A stretch of 64,000 nt of DNA from an uncultured Aquiluna sp. GTDB taxonomy: Bacteria > Actinomycetota > Actinomycetes > Actinomycetales > Microbacteriaceae. Under the pieces are notes generated by a model. The model had not been told where the DNA came from and made no database searches. It saw nothing but the letters and a program-made list of their open reading frames with translations. The stretch lies in contig CAJYLB010000001.1 of the NCBI GenBank assembly GCA_913775595.1, positions 868,001-932,000 on the forward strand, in the 5' to 3' direction. Positions 30,140 to 39,359 of this stretch are shown here, one piece after another. Within the stretch, counting starts at the first letter, position 1. Each line of letters begins with the position of its first letter. The translations under genes were made by a program, and so were the position numbers.

Positions 30140-30272
30140 TCCTACACCCCTGAGAGCAACGTGTTTTCGCCACCAGTAAAAATAGTCCTTTTGTCCTGAT
30201 GTCTCAGCGTGTGTCAGGTCCTATCACCAAAATTGCTTGAGTTTTTGCTTCACTATCAAACGAGATTCTGAG

Positions 30273-30521
30273 TTAGTTTCCGCGCTTTCGAATGTCCCTA
30301 ACCAGCCACCAAATGACGGATGCGAGTCCTAACACAAATGCCGCAGGAAGACTAAAAAAGAGCAGCCAGAGCCAAGCCCCTCCTCCTGTCCCCTCATTCC
30401 ACATGTCTCCCTCTGTGAACAACGAGGTTACGAATGCGAGGACGAAAGGAAGAAGTACAAGTGACAGAGCGAAAAACGCCAGGTGCCTTGGCCGAAAACG
30501 TTTCACGACTCCATTGTCCAA
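30273..30521 (-). CDS. Two-TM small hypothetical protein inside the tRNA islet
   Basis: 82-aa ORF with two hydrophobic helices around DMWNEGTGGG and a basic C-terminus. Confidence 0.7.
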   Translation of the reverse strand: MDNGVVKRFRPRHLAFFALSLVLLPFVLAFVTSLFTEGDMWNEGTGGGAWLWLLFFSLPAAFVLGLASVIWWLVRDIRKRGN

Positions 30522-30568
30522 GAAAACAGCTCTTCAGGACTGCCTTATTTCAAAACCTCACCTACGAG

Positions 30569-30641
30569 AGCCACCTGCCAGAATCGAACTGGCGACCTGC
30601 TCTTTACGAGGGAGCTGCTCTACCGACTGAGCTAAGGTGGC
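30569..30641 (-). tRNA. tRNA-Thr (CGT)
   Basis: GCCACCT...AGGTGGC-T cloverleaf; anticodon loop CTCGTAA; TTCGA T-loop; no encoded CCA. Confidence 0.95.
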
Positions 30642-30668
30642 GAAACATCCAAAATCCTAGCCCAAAGC

Positions 30669-30701
30669 AAAAAGGGCACCTATTGCCGAGGTGCCCTTTT
30701 T
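30669..30701. terminator. Bidirectional intrinsic terminator
   Basis: AAAAAGGGCACCT-ATTGCCG-AGGTGCCCTTTTT. Confidence 0.85.
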
Positions 30702-30761
30702 ATTTAGGAGGGCCAAGTGAAAACTTGGGGACCCATGGTCCGAGTAAGAAAACTGTTCGCT

Positions 30762-31664
30762 CTACGAAATCATTCCCAGTCTGGTTAAACGTGCGATTGC
30801 TGCATCCTCAATTGGCGAATCTGGCCCAATAGACACTCTTCCAAGGCGCAAAAGGGTGGTCGTAATCGGCCTGAGAACCCAAAGCGGAAAGCCCCGGATG
30901 CCAATCATCTTCCGCAGGTCTTCAGGGAGTGTGGCCAGAGCAGAGTGAAATAAGAGTTTGTAGATCGGCTTGGCGGCAGTTGGAAGCGGCGCTTTTCTGA
31001 TCCAGCTGATTACAGCTTTTGCGTCATCGTCCGCTCGAAGCTGCGGGCGATAGCTATCTAGGACCTGCTCGAGCTCTGCCTCTGTCATTGGGCAGTCATC
31101 GAGCCCCAGTGGACCTACAGACCTTGACCATTGGGAGACATAAGCATCGGCTCCTCCTGGTATTGGTGCCTTTGAGTAGTTCTGGTGGGTTCTAAGAAAT
31201 GAGTCCATAAAAGCGATGTGAACCCAAAGCAGCAGATCCTTATCGGCTGCCTTGTAGGCAGTCTTCTCCCCGGAATTCTTCTTGTATTCACCGGCCACGC
31301 GGTCGTGCATTCTGTTGACCCTGGCTGCCTCATTCTTGATTGCGGTCATGGAACCGAAGGTGGTCACGGTTAGCCAGCGAATGGTGCCCGAAAGCCTGCC
31401 CAAGGGATCTTCCTCATACCTCGAGTGCTGCGCCACTCCCCCAAGTGCTCCTGGATGCAATGCCTGCAAAAGAAGTGCCCTAACCCCACCAACCAGGGTG
31501 GCAAAGTCTCTGTGAACAACCCAGGGAGCATCGCCCGGCAGAAAGAAGCCCCCCTCATCACCATCGGCAACAGCTGATAGCCAAGGTGGTTTTCCATCGG
31601 TAGATCCGGATAGCAGCTTCACGAACCTACGCGCTAAGCGCTGTTGAAGTGCGTTGGAAGCCAA
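30762..31664 (-). CDS. Oxygenase MpaB-family (DUF2236) protein
   Basis: ALLLQALHP, GVAQHS, RMHDRV and LLLWVH motifs. Confidence 0.87.
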   Translation of the reverse strand: MASNALQQRLARRFVKLLSGSTDGKPPWLSAVADGDEGGFFLPGDAPWVVHRDFATLVGGVRALLLQALHPGALGGVAQHSRYEEDPLGRLSGTIRWLTVTTFGSMTAIKNEAARVNRMHDRVAGEYKKNSGEKTAYKAADKDLLLWVHIAFMDSFLRTHQNYSKAPIPGGADAYVSQWSRSVGPLGLDDCPMTEAELEQVLDSYRPQLRADDDAKAVISWIRKAPLPTAAKPIYKLLFHSALATLPEDLRKMIGIRGFPLWVLRPITTTLLRLGRVSIGPDSPIEDAAIARLTRLGMIS

Positions 31665-31705
31665 TGTTGCCTAACCTAGTAATCAAGGACCAAGAAGGAG
31701 CAACC

Positions 31706-32074
31706 ATGACTGAGGCAGAACTAATCCGAGAGTTCCAAACAAACAGGCTTCATGTGGTCTTGGCGCAGGTTGCTCCAACTGGCCTGTTGGCCTTTGCCGC
31801 AATCGCGACGCCAGCAATTGCAGAAAACGGCGGCTCGACCGTCCACGCATTCGCCCTGATTCTCTTGGCCTCTGGAATCCTTGGCGCACTGGCCGAGTAC
31901 TCGGCAGCCAGTCAGGCTCAGGCTGTTATTGACGACCTCAAGGGATTACCTGGAGAGTCTGCGCTAAGGAGACGGGTAATTAGCTTCAGGCCATGGTTCG
32001 AGGTTGTGAAGTATGTAACGCCTGCGATTTTTGTTGCAATCTTCGCGGCAATACTCGCCGCCCTGTATCTCTAG
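31706..32074 (+). CDS. Hypothetical 3-TM membrane protein
   Basis: RBS AAGGAG before ATG 31706; hydrophobic segments. Confidence 0.7.
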   Translation: MTEAELIREFQTNRLHVVLAQVAPTGLLAFAAIATPAIAENGGSTVHAFALILLASGILGALAEYSAASQAQAVIDDLKGLPGESALRRRVISFRPWFEVVKYVTPAIFVAIFAAILAALYL

Positions 32075-33534
32075 AAACAGGTGAGGTTTCCATCTCCAAG
32101 GTCTTGACCCTCGAGGTAGGCATCGACCAGTGAGTTGATGCAAGTGTTGTCTCCGTAGGCCGTGTGGCCTTCACCCTCAAGGGTAAGGAGCTTGGCTCCA
32201 TCCAAGATCTCTGCAAGTGATACAGCCTGGTGATATGGAGTTGCAGGGTCTCCGGTGGTGCCAATCACAATGGGCCCATTCGCTAGTGGAACTGAAAAGT
32301 CCAGCTCTTCCATGCCAATGCCCTCTGGCCAACCAAGGCAGGAAATGTCAGGCCCTGAGAAGTAGCGACCAAAAACCACACTGGCACTGCGTATCTCCTC
32401 GTCAAGGTCTGGGCCTTCCTCTGTCACCGCGTCGTCGGCACAGTTGATGGCGTAGTTGGCCTCGTTGATATTTGAGATGTAGCCGCCGTCCGGATCACGG
32501 TCGTTATAGAAGTCAGCCAAGTAGACAAAGAAGGTGCCATCGCCGTTGAAGGCCTCATCAAAGGCTTGGGATAGGTATATCCAAGAGTCTTGCGAATAGA
32601 GGGTGACGATCATGCCCGAGAGTGCGGCAGAAATACCCAGCTCTCTATCGATCGTCGTTTCAAGTGGTCTAACCTCCCTTGCTTGCAAGAATCCTGCGAT
32701 TCTGGACATTGCCGAATCAACATCTCCCTCAAATGGGCAATACAGAGGGGTATCCAGACAAGCTGTCAGATATGCACGAAGCGCGGCATCAAAACCTTGA
32801 ATCTGCCCAAGAAGTTTTGTTGATGAATCCATGGTTGGGTCGACTGCACCATCTAGAACAAACTTCCCCACCCTGTCTGGAAACAATGCCGCATAGGTTG
32901 CCCCAAGCTCGGTGCCATAGCTGAAGCCCAGGTAGTTGAGCTCCTCCATTCCCAACAGTTCACGAATTAGCTCCATGTCACGAGCAGTCTGCTGGGTGTT
33001 GAAGTAGGAGGTTGAGGGCCCTGTTTCTTGGCAGCTCTGGGCAAATGCGAGCATCAAGTTCTCTGAAAAGGCAATGTCCTCATCAGACCCGTATTCAAAT
33101 CCGCTATTTGAATAAAGCAGCTGGTCCTTCAGATCTTCGTCTGAACACCTAATGGGAGTCGACCTCCCAACACCCCTGGGGTCAAAGGCAATTACCTGAA
33201 AGTTTTCCCTGAACCAACTGGAGCCGATGTTCTCGTAGCCGTCGCGCATCCAGTTACTCGCCGATGATCCTGGCCCTCCGGGGTTTATCAGAATCGGCTC
33301 TCTGTCACCTGTCCCCTGATAGCGCATCAGACTTAGCGAGATGGTCTCGTCGTTTTCTGAGGTCCAATCAAGTGGTGCGGCGATGTATGCACACTCAAAG
33401 ACCTCGTTGCACTCTTCCCAACTGAGCGCTTGTTCCTGAGGCTCCTGACCAGGCTCCAACTCGGCAACCGGCTCGGGGGCCGTGCAGGCTGTTAGAAAAA
33501 GAAGTGGAAGAAGTAGGAGAGCTCTAAGCCGCAA
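32071..33534 (-). CDS. Lipoprotein alpha/beta hydrolase (TAP-like peptidase)
   Basis: Lipobox LTAC, NPGGPG, FDPRGVG, GFSYG nucleophile, DPATP, GEGH. Confidence 0.9.
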   Translation of the reverse strand: MRLRALLLLPLLFLTACTAPEPVAELEPGQEPQEQALSWEECNEVFECAYIAAPLDWTSENDETISLSLMRYQGTGDREPILINPGGPGSSASNWMRDGYENIGSSWFRENFQVIAFDPRGVGRSTPIRCSDEDLKDQLLYSNSGFEYGSDEDIAFSENLMLAFAQSCQETGPSTSYFNTQQTARDMELIRELLGMEELNYLGFSYGTELGATYAALFPDRVGKFVLDGAVDPTMDSSTKLLGQIQGFDAALRAYLTACLDTPLYCPFEGDVDSAMSRIAGFLQAREVRPLETTIDRELGISAALSGMIVTLYSQDSWIYLSQAFDEAFNGDGTFFVYLADFYNDRDPDGGYISNINEANYAINCADDAVTEEGPDLDEEIRSASVVFGRYFSGPDISCLGWPEGIGMEELDFSVPLANGPIVIGTTGDPATPYHQAVSLAEILDGAKLLTLEGEGHTAYGDNTCINSLVDAYLEGQDLGDGNLTCF

Positions 33535-34678
33535 CTTGTCTCCTCAAGATGAGAGTTGTGCAGAGGGCCTCTAGAACTAGCAGGTCCCTGACGTTTGACT
33601 CGAGCCGAACTCTTGCCTGTTTGATTGCATCGAGAATCTCGACACTCTGGTTGGCGCTGGTCAGCAGTGCTCGCTGGTTCAATACCTCAAGCAGATCCTG
33701 GTTTATCAGATCCGAATAGGTGCCCAGTTGAATGCTTAGGACGTCTCTAATGAAAGACTCCGCGTCAGTGAAGACTCGATCTATGCCATCTCGCAGGGCC
33801 CGGGTGTTCCTGCGCTTTTGATTGTCTTCCAGCTCTTTTATTTGGCTCCTGATAGCAGGCGGCACCTTGTCCTCCGGTGATAATCCAAAGGCTGAAAGAA
33901 GCTTTTCTTTCTCCTGTCCATCTCGCTCGAGTGAGACGGCCTCAGCGTCTCGCTTGGCAACATTTAGCAGATGTTCTGCAGCCGCCATTGCTCCACTGAG
34001 GTTGGTGATTGAGGCAAGTTCCCGCATGGTCTCCTGGCGCCTTGCCCTTGCATCCTGGCTAAGTGCGAGCCTGCGTGCCATGCCAACATGCTGCTGAGCC
34101 TGTCGAGCACTCTTGATTGCCAAATCTTCACTGACACCATCGCGCTGCATAAGAAGCTGAGCAACCTCTTGGTTGCTTGGGAGCCTGAGGCTCACGTTTC
34201 TAGTTCGCGACCTTATGGTTGGCAAGAGGTCAGCTGCCGACGGAGCACAGAGCATCCAGATGGTCTTCTCCTGGGGCTCCTCTAAGGCCTTTAGCAAAAC
34301 GTTTGAGGTTCTCTCGCTCATGCGATCCGCATCCTCAATCACGACAATTCGATACTCGCCCACCGTCGACGCCATAGCCGCAAACTGAACCAGTTCTCGG
34401 ACCTCGTCAATTGAAATGATGACCTTGTCAGTTGCCAAAATCCTGACGTCTGGATGCGCTCCCGCGAGCACCAGAGAGCATTGCTGGCAGCTCCCACAAC
34501 CGTCTTTTTCGCACTGCAGGCTCGCAGAAAAAGCCTTTGCAATTGTCGACCTGCCGCTCCCGGCGGGTCCGGTAAACAGCCAGCTGTGCTGGAAGCCTTC
34601 ATCTTTGCCTGCTACAACCCGACTCAGCTGCTCGATGGCCTCCGGTTGGCCAAGCAGCTCATCCCAGACCCCAGCCAT
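33524..34678 (-). CDS. holB: DNA polymerase III delta-prime subunit
   Basis: GPAGSGR, Zn cysteines, HPDV, LLKALEEP, TIRSR; follows tmk. Confidence 0.93.
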   Translation of the reverse strand: MAGVWDELLGQPEAIEQLSRVVAGKDEGFQHSWLFTGPAGSGRSTIAKAFSASLQCEKDGCGSCQQCSLVLAGAHPDVRILATDKVIISIDEVRELVQFAAMASTVGEYRIVVIEDADRMSERTSNVLLKALEEPQEKTIWMLCAPSAADLLPTIRSRTRNVSLRLPSNQEVAQLLMQRDGVSEDLAIKSARQAQQHVGMARRLALSQDARARRQETMRELASITNLSGAMAAAEHLLNVAKRDAEAVSLERDGQEKEKLLSAFGLSPEDKVPPAIRSQIKELEDNQKRRNTRALRDGIDRVFTDAESFIRDVLSIQLGTYSDLINQDLLEVLNQRALLTSANQSVEILDAIKQARVRLESNVRDLLVLEALCTTLILRRQVAA

Positions 34679-35281
34679 CTAACTGAGCTTCGCTACTCGC
34701 TGGAGAATCTGAGCGTGTATTTCCTCAGGCGAAAGGGTTGCATCAATAACCAGGAACCTTGGCTCTTCTGCCATTCTCAGGTATTCCTCTCTCGCCCGCT
34801 CAAAAAACTCAACCTGCTCTCTTTCGAGCCTGTCGGGCTCGGTGCCCTTGTTGCCGCGGCGCTCAATTGCCGCTGAGGCATCTAGATCAAGCAGGACTGT
34901 GAGGTCGGGCAAGAGCCGATCAATAGCCCATAGGGAAATCTCCCTGACCTCATTCACGTCCAACTCCCTTGCTGCGCCTTGATAGGCGACCGAGGAATCA
35001 AAGTAGCGGTCGGATAGGACAACTTTGCCGCTTGCGAGCGCCGGCTTGATCTTGGTCTCCACATGATGAGCGCGATCCGCGGCATACAACAGCGCCTCTG
35101 ATCTTGGAGCAACGTCTCCTTTGCGGTGAAGCAGAAGGTGCCTTATTTCTTGACCCAGCTCGGTGCCACCTGGCTCCAAGGTCCTAACGACCTCTCTGCC
35201 GCTTTCGACGAGGTGCTTCTCGAGCATGTCGAGCTGAGTTGACTTGCCTACCCCGTCTATGCCCTCGAAGGTGATGAACAT
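34679..35281 (-). CDS. tmk: Thymidylate kinase
   Basis: FEGIDGVGKST, EPGGT, DRYFDSSVAYQG. Confidence 0.96.
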   Translation of the reverse strand: MFITFEGIDGVGKSTQLDMLEKHLVESGREVVRTLEPGGTELGQEIRHLLLHRKGDVAPRSEALLYAADRAHHVETKIKPALASGKVVLSDRYFDSSVAYQGAARELDVNEVREISLWAIDRLLPDLTVLLDLDASAAIERRGNKGTEPDRLEREQVEFFERAREEYLRMAEEPRFLVIDATLSPEEIHAQILQRVAKLS

Positions 35282-35282
35282 C

Positions 35283-37853
35283 TCAGCGCTTTTTCCTCTT
35301 GCTGGTCTTGGGAGCCTCTCCCGGCTCAACCCCTAGCTTCTCACGACGAATTGCCAAAAGCTCAAAGGCACGGTCAGGAGCAAGCTCGTCCAAAGGCTCA
35401 TCCTTAGGGATGGTCGCGTTGATAACGCCGTCAGTCACGTAGTCTCCAAACTGACCGGTCTTTGCAACAACATTGAGCTTCGAGGCTGGATCCTCCCCGA
35501 ACTCCTTGAGCGGAGTTGCCGCTGTCCTGCGGCCGCCATACTTCGGCTGCTTATAGATCTCGATTGCCTCCTCTAGCGTCAGGGAGAAGATCTGCTCCTC
35601 GCTGGCAAGTGATCTGGAGTCCGAGCCCTTCTTTAGGTACGGGCCATACTTTCCGTTCTGAGCAGTGATCATGTTTCCACTCTCGGGGTCCAGGCCGATC
35701 TCTCTTGGGAGTGAGAGCAACTGAACTGCCTCTTCGTAGCTCACCTCAGCTGGAGACATTGACTTGAAAAGCGAAGCTGTCTTTGGCTTTGGATTTCCCT
35801 CATCAACCAGAGTCACATAGGGGCCGTAACGGCCGTCCTTCACGATGATGTCCAGGCCACTCTCTGGATCTTTACCCAATACCCGGTTCTCGACAGGGGG
35901 TGCGGATGCAAGCTCGACCGCCTTTTCATGGGTTAGCTGGTCGGGGGTCAGGCCCTCGGGGATGTTGACGATTCTTCGCTCGTCGTCTTCCATGAGTTCT
36001 AGGTAGGGGCCGTATTTTCCGGTGCGTAGTGTTATGCCACCACCGATGTCGAAGCTGTTGATGCTTCTTGGGTCGCTATCACCGAGGCTCTCGACCGTGG
36101 CTTTCAGGCCATCGTCGCCGAAATAGAAACTCTTTAGCCAACTCGAGCGTTCGAGCTCCCCAAGGGCAATCTTGTCGAGGTCTCCCTCCATCTTTGCGGT
36201 GAACTCGTAGTCCACCAGGTGGTCAAAGTTCTGCTCAAGGAACCTCGTGACCGTAAAGGCAATCCACTCTGGCACCAGCGCAGAGCCCTGCTTGACTACA
36301 TAACCCTTGGCAATGATTGTGGAGATGATTGCGGCATAAGTGGAAGGCCTGCCGATTCCCTTCTCCTCAAGCGCCTTTACTAGCGAGGCCTCGGTGTAAC
36401 GAGCCGGCGGCTGAGTCTGGTGTGACTTGGCAACGACCTCCTGAGTCGGAACATCCTGACCCTCAGTAAGGGTTGGGAGTTTCGCTTGCTCTTCGTCGCC
36501 GTCCTCCTTAGCCACCTCATAAACGGCCATGAAGCCCTTGAAGCTAACAACAGTTCCGCTTGCGCTGAACTCAAGCTGCTTGCCGTCCGCGGAGCAAGAG
36601 AACTTTGCGGTGGTGGTCGATAGCTTGGCATCCGCCATCTGAGAGGCAAGCGTTCGTCTCCAGATCAGCTCATAGAGGGCAAGGGCCTTTGCGCCAAGCG
36701 AGCCAGAGAGCTCTTTAGGTTCTTTGAACGAGTCTCCCGAGGGCCGAATGGCTTCGTGAGCCTCTTGAGCATTCTTACTCTTTGCCCCATACACCCGCGG
36801 AGAATCTGCGACCATCTCTTGGCCGTATAGCTGGGCAGCCTGAGATCTTGCGGCTGTGATTGCCTGCTGAGAAAGCGACGGAGAGTCGGTCCTCATATAA
36901 GTAATGTGACCCTCTTGATAGAGCTGCTGGGCCAGGTCCATCGTCTGCTTCGCGCTCAGGGAGAGCTTTTTTGATGCCTCCTGCTGCAAAGTTGAGGTAG
37001 TGAAAGGTGCGTAAGGCTTGCGAGTCGAGGGTTTGGCCTCAATGCTCGTGACCTTGAGCTGTGATCCCTGCAGGCTTGCTGCCAGCGCCTCTGCGGCCTC
37101 TGGATCCAGCACCAAAACATCTGCTGTGAGAACACCCTCCTCGCTGAAGCTCTTTGAGCCGGCAAGCCGCTTGCCATCAATGCTGAGGAGCTTTGCCTCG
37201 AAACTGATTGAGGACTCTTCCAAGGTTGCGGTAACGGAGCTATAGCCAGCAGAAACGAAAGCCATGCGTTCCCGCTCGCGCTCCACAATCATGCGCATCG
37301 CTGGGGATTGGACGCGGCCAGCTGAAAGTCCCCGATTTATCTTCCGCCAAAGAACTGGGGAAATCTCATAGCCAACAAGTCGATCGACCACGCGCCTTGT
37401 TTCCTGTGCCTCCACCAGATTGTCATTTATCTCTCTGGTGTTCTTGCTTGCCTCTTGGATGGCATCCTTGGTGATCTCGTTAAAGACCATCCTGCGAACC
37501 GGGACCTTTGGCTTTAGCACCTCGAGCAGGTGCCAGGCAATTGCCTCACCCTCGCGGTCCTCATCGGTTGCGAGGTAGAGCTCATCGCAACTCTTGAGAG
37601 CGCTCTTGAGCTCCGACACCGTCTTGGACTTACCAGGAGAGATTGAGTAGTAGGGCTCAAAGTCGTTGTCGACGTCGATTGAGAACTTGGCGAGCGATGG
37701 ACGCTCTTTCTTTTTCTCAGCCGCAATCTCTTTCGGCTCCGCTAGGTCTCTGATGTGGCCAACTGAGGCGAGAACCTCATAGTCATCCCCGAGATATTTG
37801 GAGATTGTCTTCGCCTTAGCGGGTGACTCAACGATCACCAGTTTCTTTGCCAA
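35283..37853 (-). CDS. topA: DNA topoisomerase I
   Basis: IVESPAK, ATDEDREGE, AGRVQS, ITYMRTD, C-terminal GRYGPY repeats. Confidence 0.98.
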   Translation of the reverse strand: MAKKLVIVESPAKAKTISKYLGDDYEVLASVGHIRDLAEPKEIAAEKKKERPSLAKFSIDVDNDFEPYYSISPGKSKTVSELKSALKSCDELYLATDEDREGEAIAWHLLEVLKPKVPVRRMVFNEITKDAIQEASKNTREINDNLVEAQETRRVVDRLVGYEISPVLWRKINRGLSAGRVQSPAMRMIVERERERMAFVSAGYSSVTATLEESSISFEAKLLSIDGKRLAGSKSFSEEGVLTADVLVLDPEAAEALAASLQGSQLKVTSIEAKPSTRKPYAPFTTSTLQQEASKKLSLSAKQTMDLAQQLYQEGHITYMRTDSPSLSQQAITAARSQAAQLYGQEMVADSPRVYGAKSKNAQEAHEAIRPSGDSFKEPKELSGSLGAKALALYELIWRRTLASQMADAKLSTTTAKFSCSADGKQLEFSASGTVVSFKGFMAVYEVAKEDGDEEQAKLPTLTEGQDVPTQEVVAKSHQTQPPARYTEASLVKALEEKGIGRPSTYAAIISTIIAKGYVVKQGSALVPEWIAFTVTRFLEQNFDHLVDYEFTAKMEGDLDKIALGELERSSWLKSFYFGDDGLKATVESLGDSDPRSINSFDIGGGITLRTGKYGPYLELMEDDERRIVNIPEGLTPDQLTHEKAVELASAPPVENRVLGKDPESGLDIIVKDGRYGPYVTLVDEGNPKPKTASLFKSMSPAEVSYEEAVQLLSLPREIGLDPESGNMITAQNGKYGPYLKKGSDSRSLASEEQIFSLTLEEAIEIYKQPKYGGRRTAATPLKEFGEDPASKLNVVAKTGQFGDYVTDGVINATIPKDEPLDELAPDRAFELLAIRREKLGVEPGEAPKTSKRKKR

Positions 37854-37861
37854 GCTCTCTC

Positions 37862-38218
37862 CTACATAGAACCCATTGCCCTCGCATCCGCGCTGGCAAC
37901 TACCTCAAACACGAGGTGCTCTTTGCCAACCCTAACGCTGACAACTTGACTGACAATACGACAAGATTCCAAACTTGCGCCATTACCAAGAGCAATTTCT
38001 CTTGCGTTTTCACATGGAACCCCAGCGATGATGCCAGTCATGGCGTCGGCTGCTGCCAAGGCGGCAAGGTCAGCAACCAACTGTGTCCTGACCTCTAGGT
38101 GTAACCAGGAATGGGCCAATGAGATGCCCGAAACAAAAAGCGAAACAGCTGCGATGATCCCGGCGAGAACCAGCCCAACGGAGCCTGAATCTAGGTGCCG
38201 ATTGGAAAAAGACACCAC
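37862..38218 (-). CDS. TadE-like pilus protein (Rv3654c family)
   Basis: N-terminal TM, ADLAALAAAD, C...NGA...C. Confidence 0.75.
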   Translation of the reverse strand: MVSFSNRHLDSGSVGLVLAGIIAAVSLFVSGISLAHSWLHLEVRTQLVADLAALAAADAMTGIIAGVPCENAREIALGNGASLESCRIVSQVVSVRVGKEHLVFEVVASADARAMGSM

Positions 38219-38490
38219 TCGCTCCTAAATTGCAGCGGCAGCCCGGAGGCCACCTCGACGCAGCTGAGGTCTCCTTGGCTACTCTCTTCGAACTCGAAGC
38301 CAGTGGGCTCAAGTCCATAGAAATAGCTACGCGCAAACTGAAAGGCTTCAAATTCAAATTTGACTCGCTCAAGGGCGAGGTTGAAAAAGCCCAGAAGGAG
38401 CGTCACCGCCAGAATCGCAGCTGGCATTAGCAGCATGAACTCGGCGGTGACTGCACCTTTCTCGTTATCCAACGCCCAGTGCCCTCGCAA
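38191..38490 (-). CDS. TadE-family minor pilin
   Basis: Prepilin motif G-AVTAEF followed by a TM; start may instead be TTG 38472. Confidence 0.75.
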   Translation of the reverse strand: MRGHWALDNEKGAVTAEFMLLMPAAILAVTLLLGFFNLALERVKFEFEAFQFARSYFYGLEPTGFEFEESSQGDLSCVEVASGLPLQFRSEWCLFPIGT

Positions 38491-38626
38491 CGAGTCCGAA
38501 TAGCAGCGAGCGAACTTCCTCGCTGCGCATCACAAGCAGCATCAGTCCGGCAAATGCCACCCCTGCCAAAGTTGCGATTGCGTACTCAGCTGTGATTGCT
38601 CCGCGATCTGAATGAATCAGTGTCAT
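38465..38626 (-). CDS. DUF4244 Flp-like pilin (not in ORF track)
   Basis: AAGGAG RBS; MTLIHSDRGAITAEYAIATLAGVAFAGLMLLVMRSEEVRSLL... Confidence 0.88.
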   Translation of the reverse strand: MTLIHSDRGAITAEYAIATLAGVAFAGLMLLVMRSEEVRSLLFGLVARALGVG

Positions 38627-38639
38627 TTTTTCTCTCCTT

Positions 38640-39359
38640 TTATTTGTTGGTTATGCCGATGAATATCGGCGGGATTGTGAAAAGTAGAAATGCAGGCAAG
38701 GTTGTTAGCCCAAGAGGAATCAGCAGTCTGACCGAGAGCTCCCTGAGCTCGGTAACCAAAGCCGCGCTGGATTTTTGAATCTCCTGCTGGATTGAAGACT
38801 GAACCAGGTTCATAAGTGAGCAGCCAGTCTTCTTTGAAATCATTACCAGTTCATTGACCTTGGGCTCTGAGCTGAGGTGCGGGTAGCGCCTGAGAATCTG
38901 GCTGAGGCCAAGACCCGAGGCAATTGCGACACCAAAAAGCTGCAATGCGCCGATTACGCCAGAGTCGATCTTTGGCTCAATGAGCATTGAGTTTGTAAGC
39001 CTCCGGCCAATGAGGATCAAGACGGTGCCGAGCGCGATCGAGACAAGTGAGATCGGATTGAGTAGCGCCGAGAGGGAGCTCAGTCCAATAAGCTGCGAAA
39101 AAACCAGTGCGAAGGCCGGTAACCACATCAGGAGCGCCCTGGTTGCCTTCGGCACCGCAAGCGCCTGACTCAGCTCTCCCTCTGCTCTGCCGAGTTCAAT
39201 TTCTATTTCACCGAGCTGTTTTAGAACCCGATTCAGTGGTGCACCTAGCCTGATCGCCTCGATAGCCAGAGGGCTGAGAGCTGAAGTTTCTGAGTGCTCA
39301 AGGGCGAGCTTTAAAGGAACTCCGCTCACAAGCAGGCTCTCAAGACGCTGGGCACTCAT
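38640..39359 (-). CDS. T2SS-F family Tad platform protein (apparent TadB-TadC fusion)
   Basis: TadB-like GAPL...LLMWLP half followed by TadC-like ASGL...LIPLGLTTLPAF half. Confidence 0.75.
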   Translation of the reverse strand: MSAQRLESLLVSGVPLKLALEHSETSALSPLAIEAIRLGAPLNRVLKQLGEIEIELGRAEGELSQALAVPKATRALLMWLPAFALVFSQLIGLSSLSALLNPISLVSIALGTVLILIGRRLTNSMLIEPKIDSGVIGALQLFGVAIASGLGLSQILRRYPHLSSEPKVNELVMISKKTGCSLMNLVQSSIQQEIQKSSAALVTELRELSVRLLIPLGLTTLPAFLLFTIPPIFIGITNK

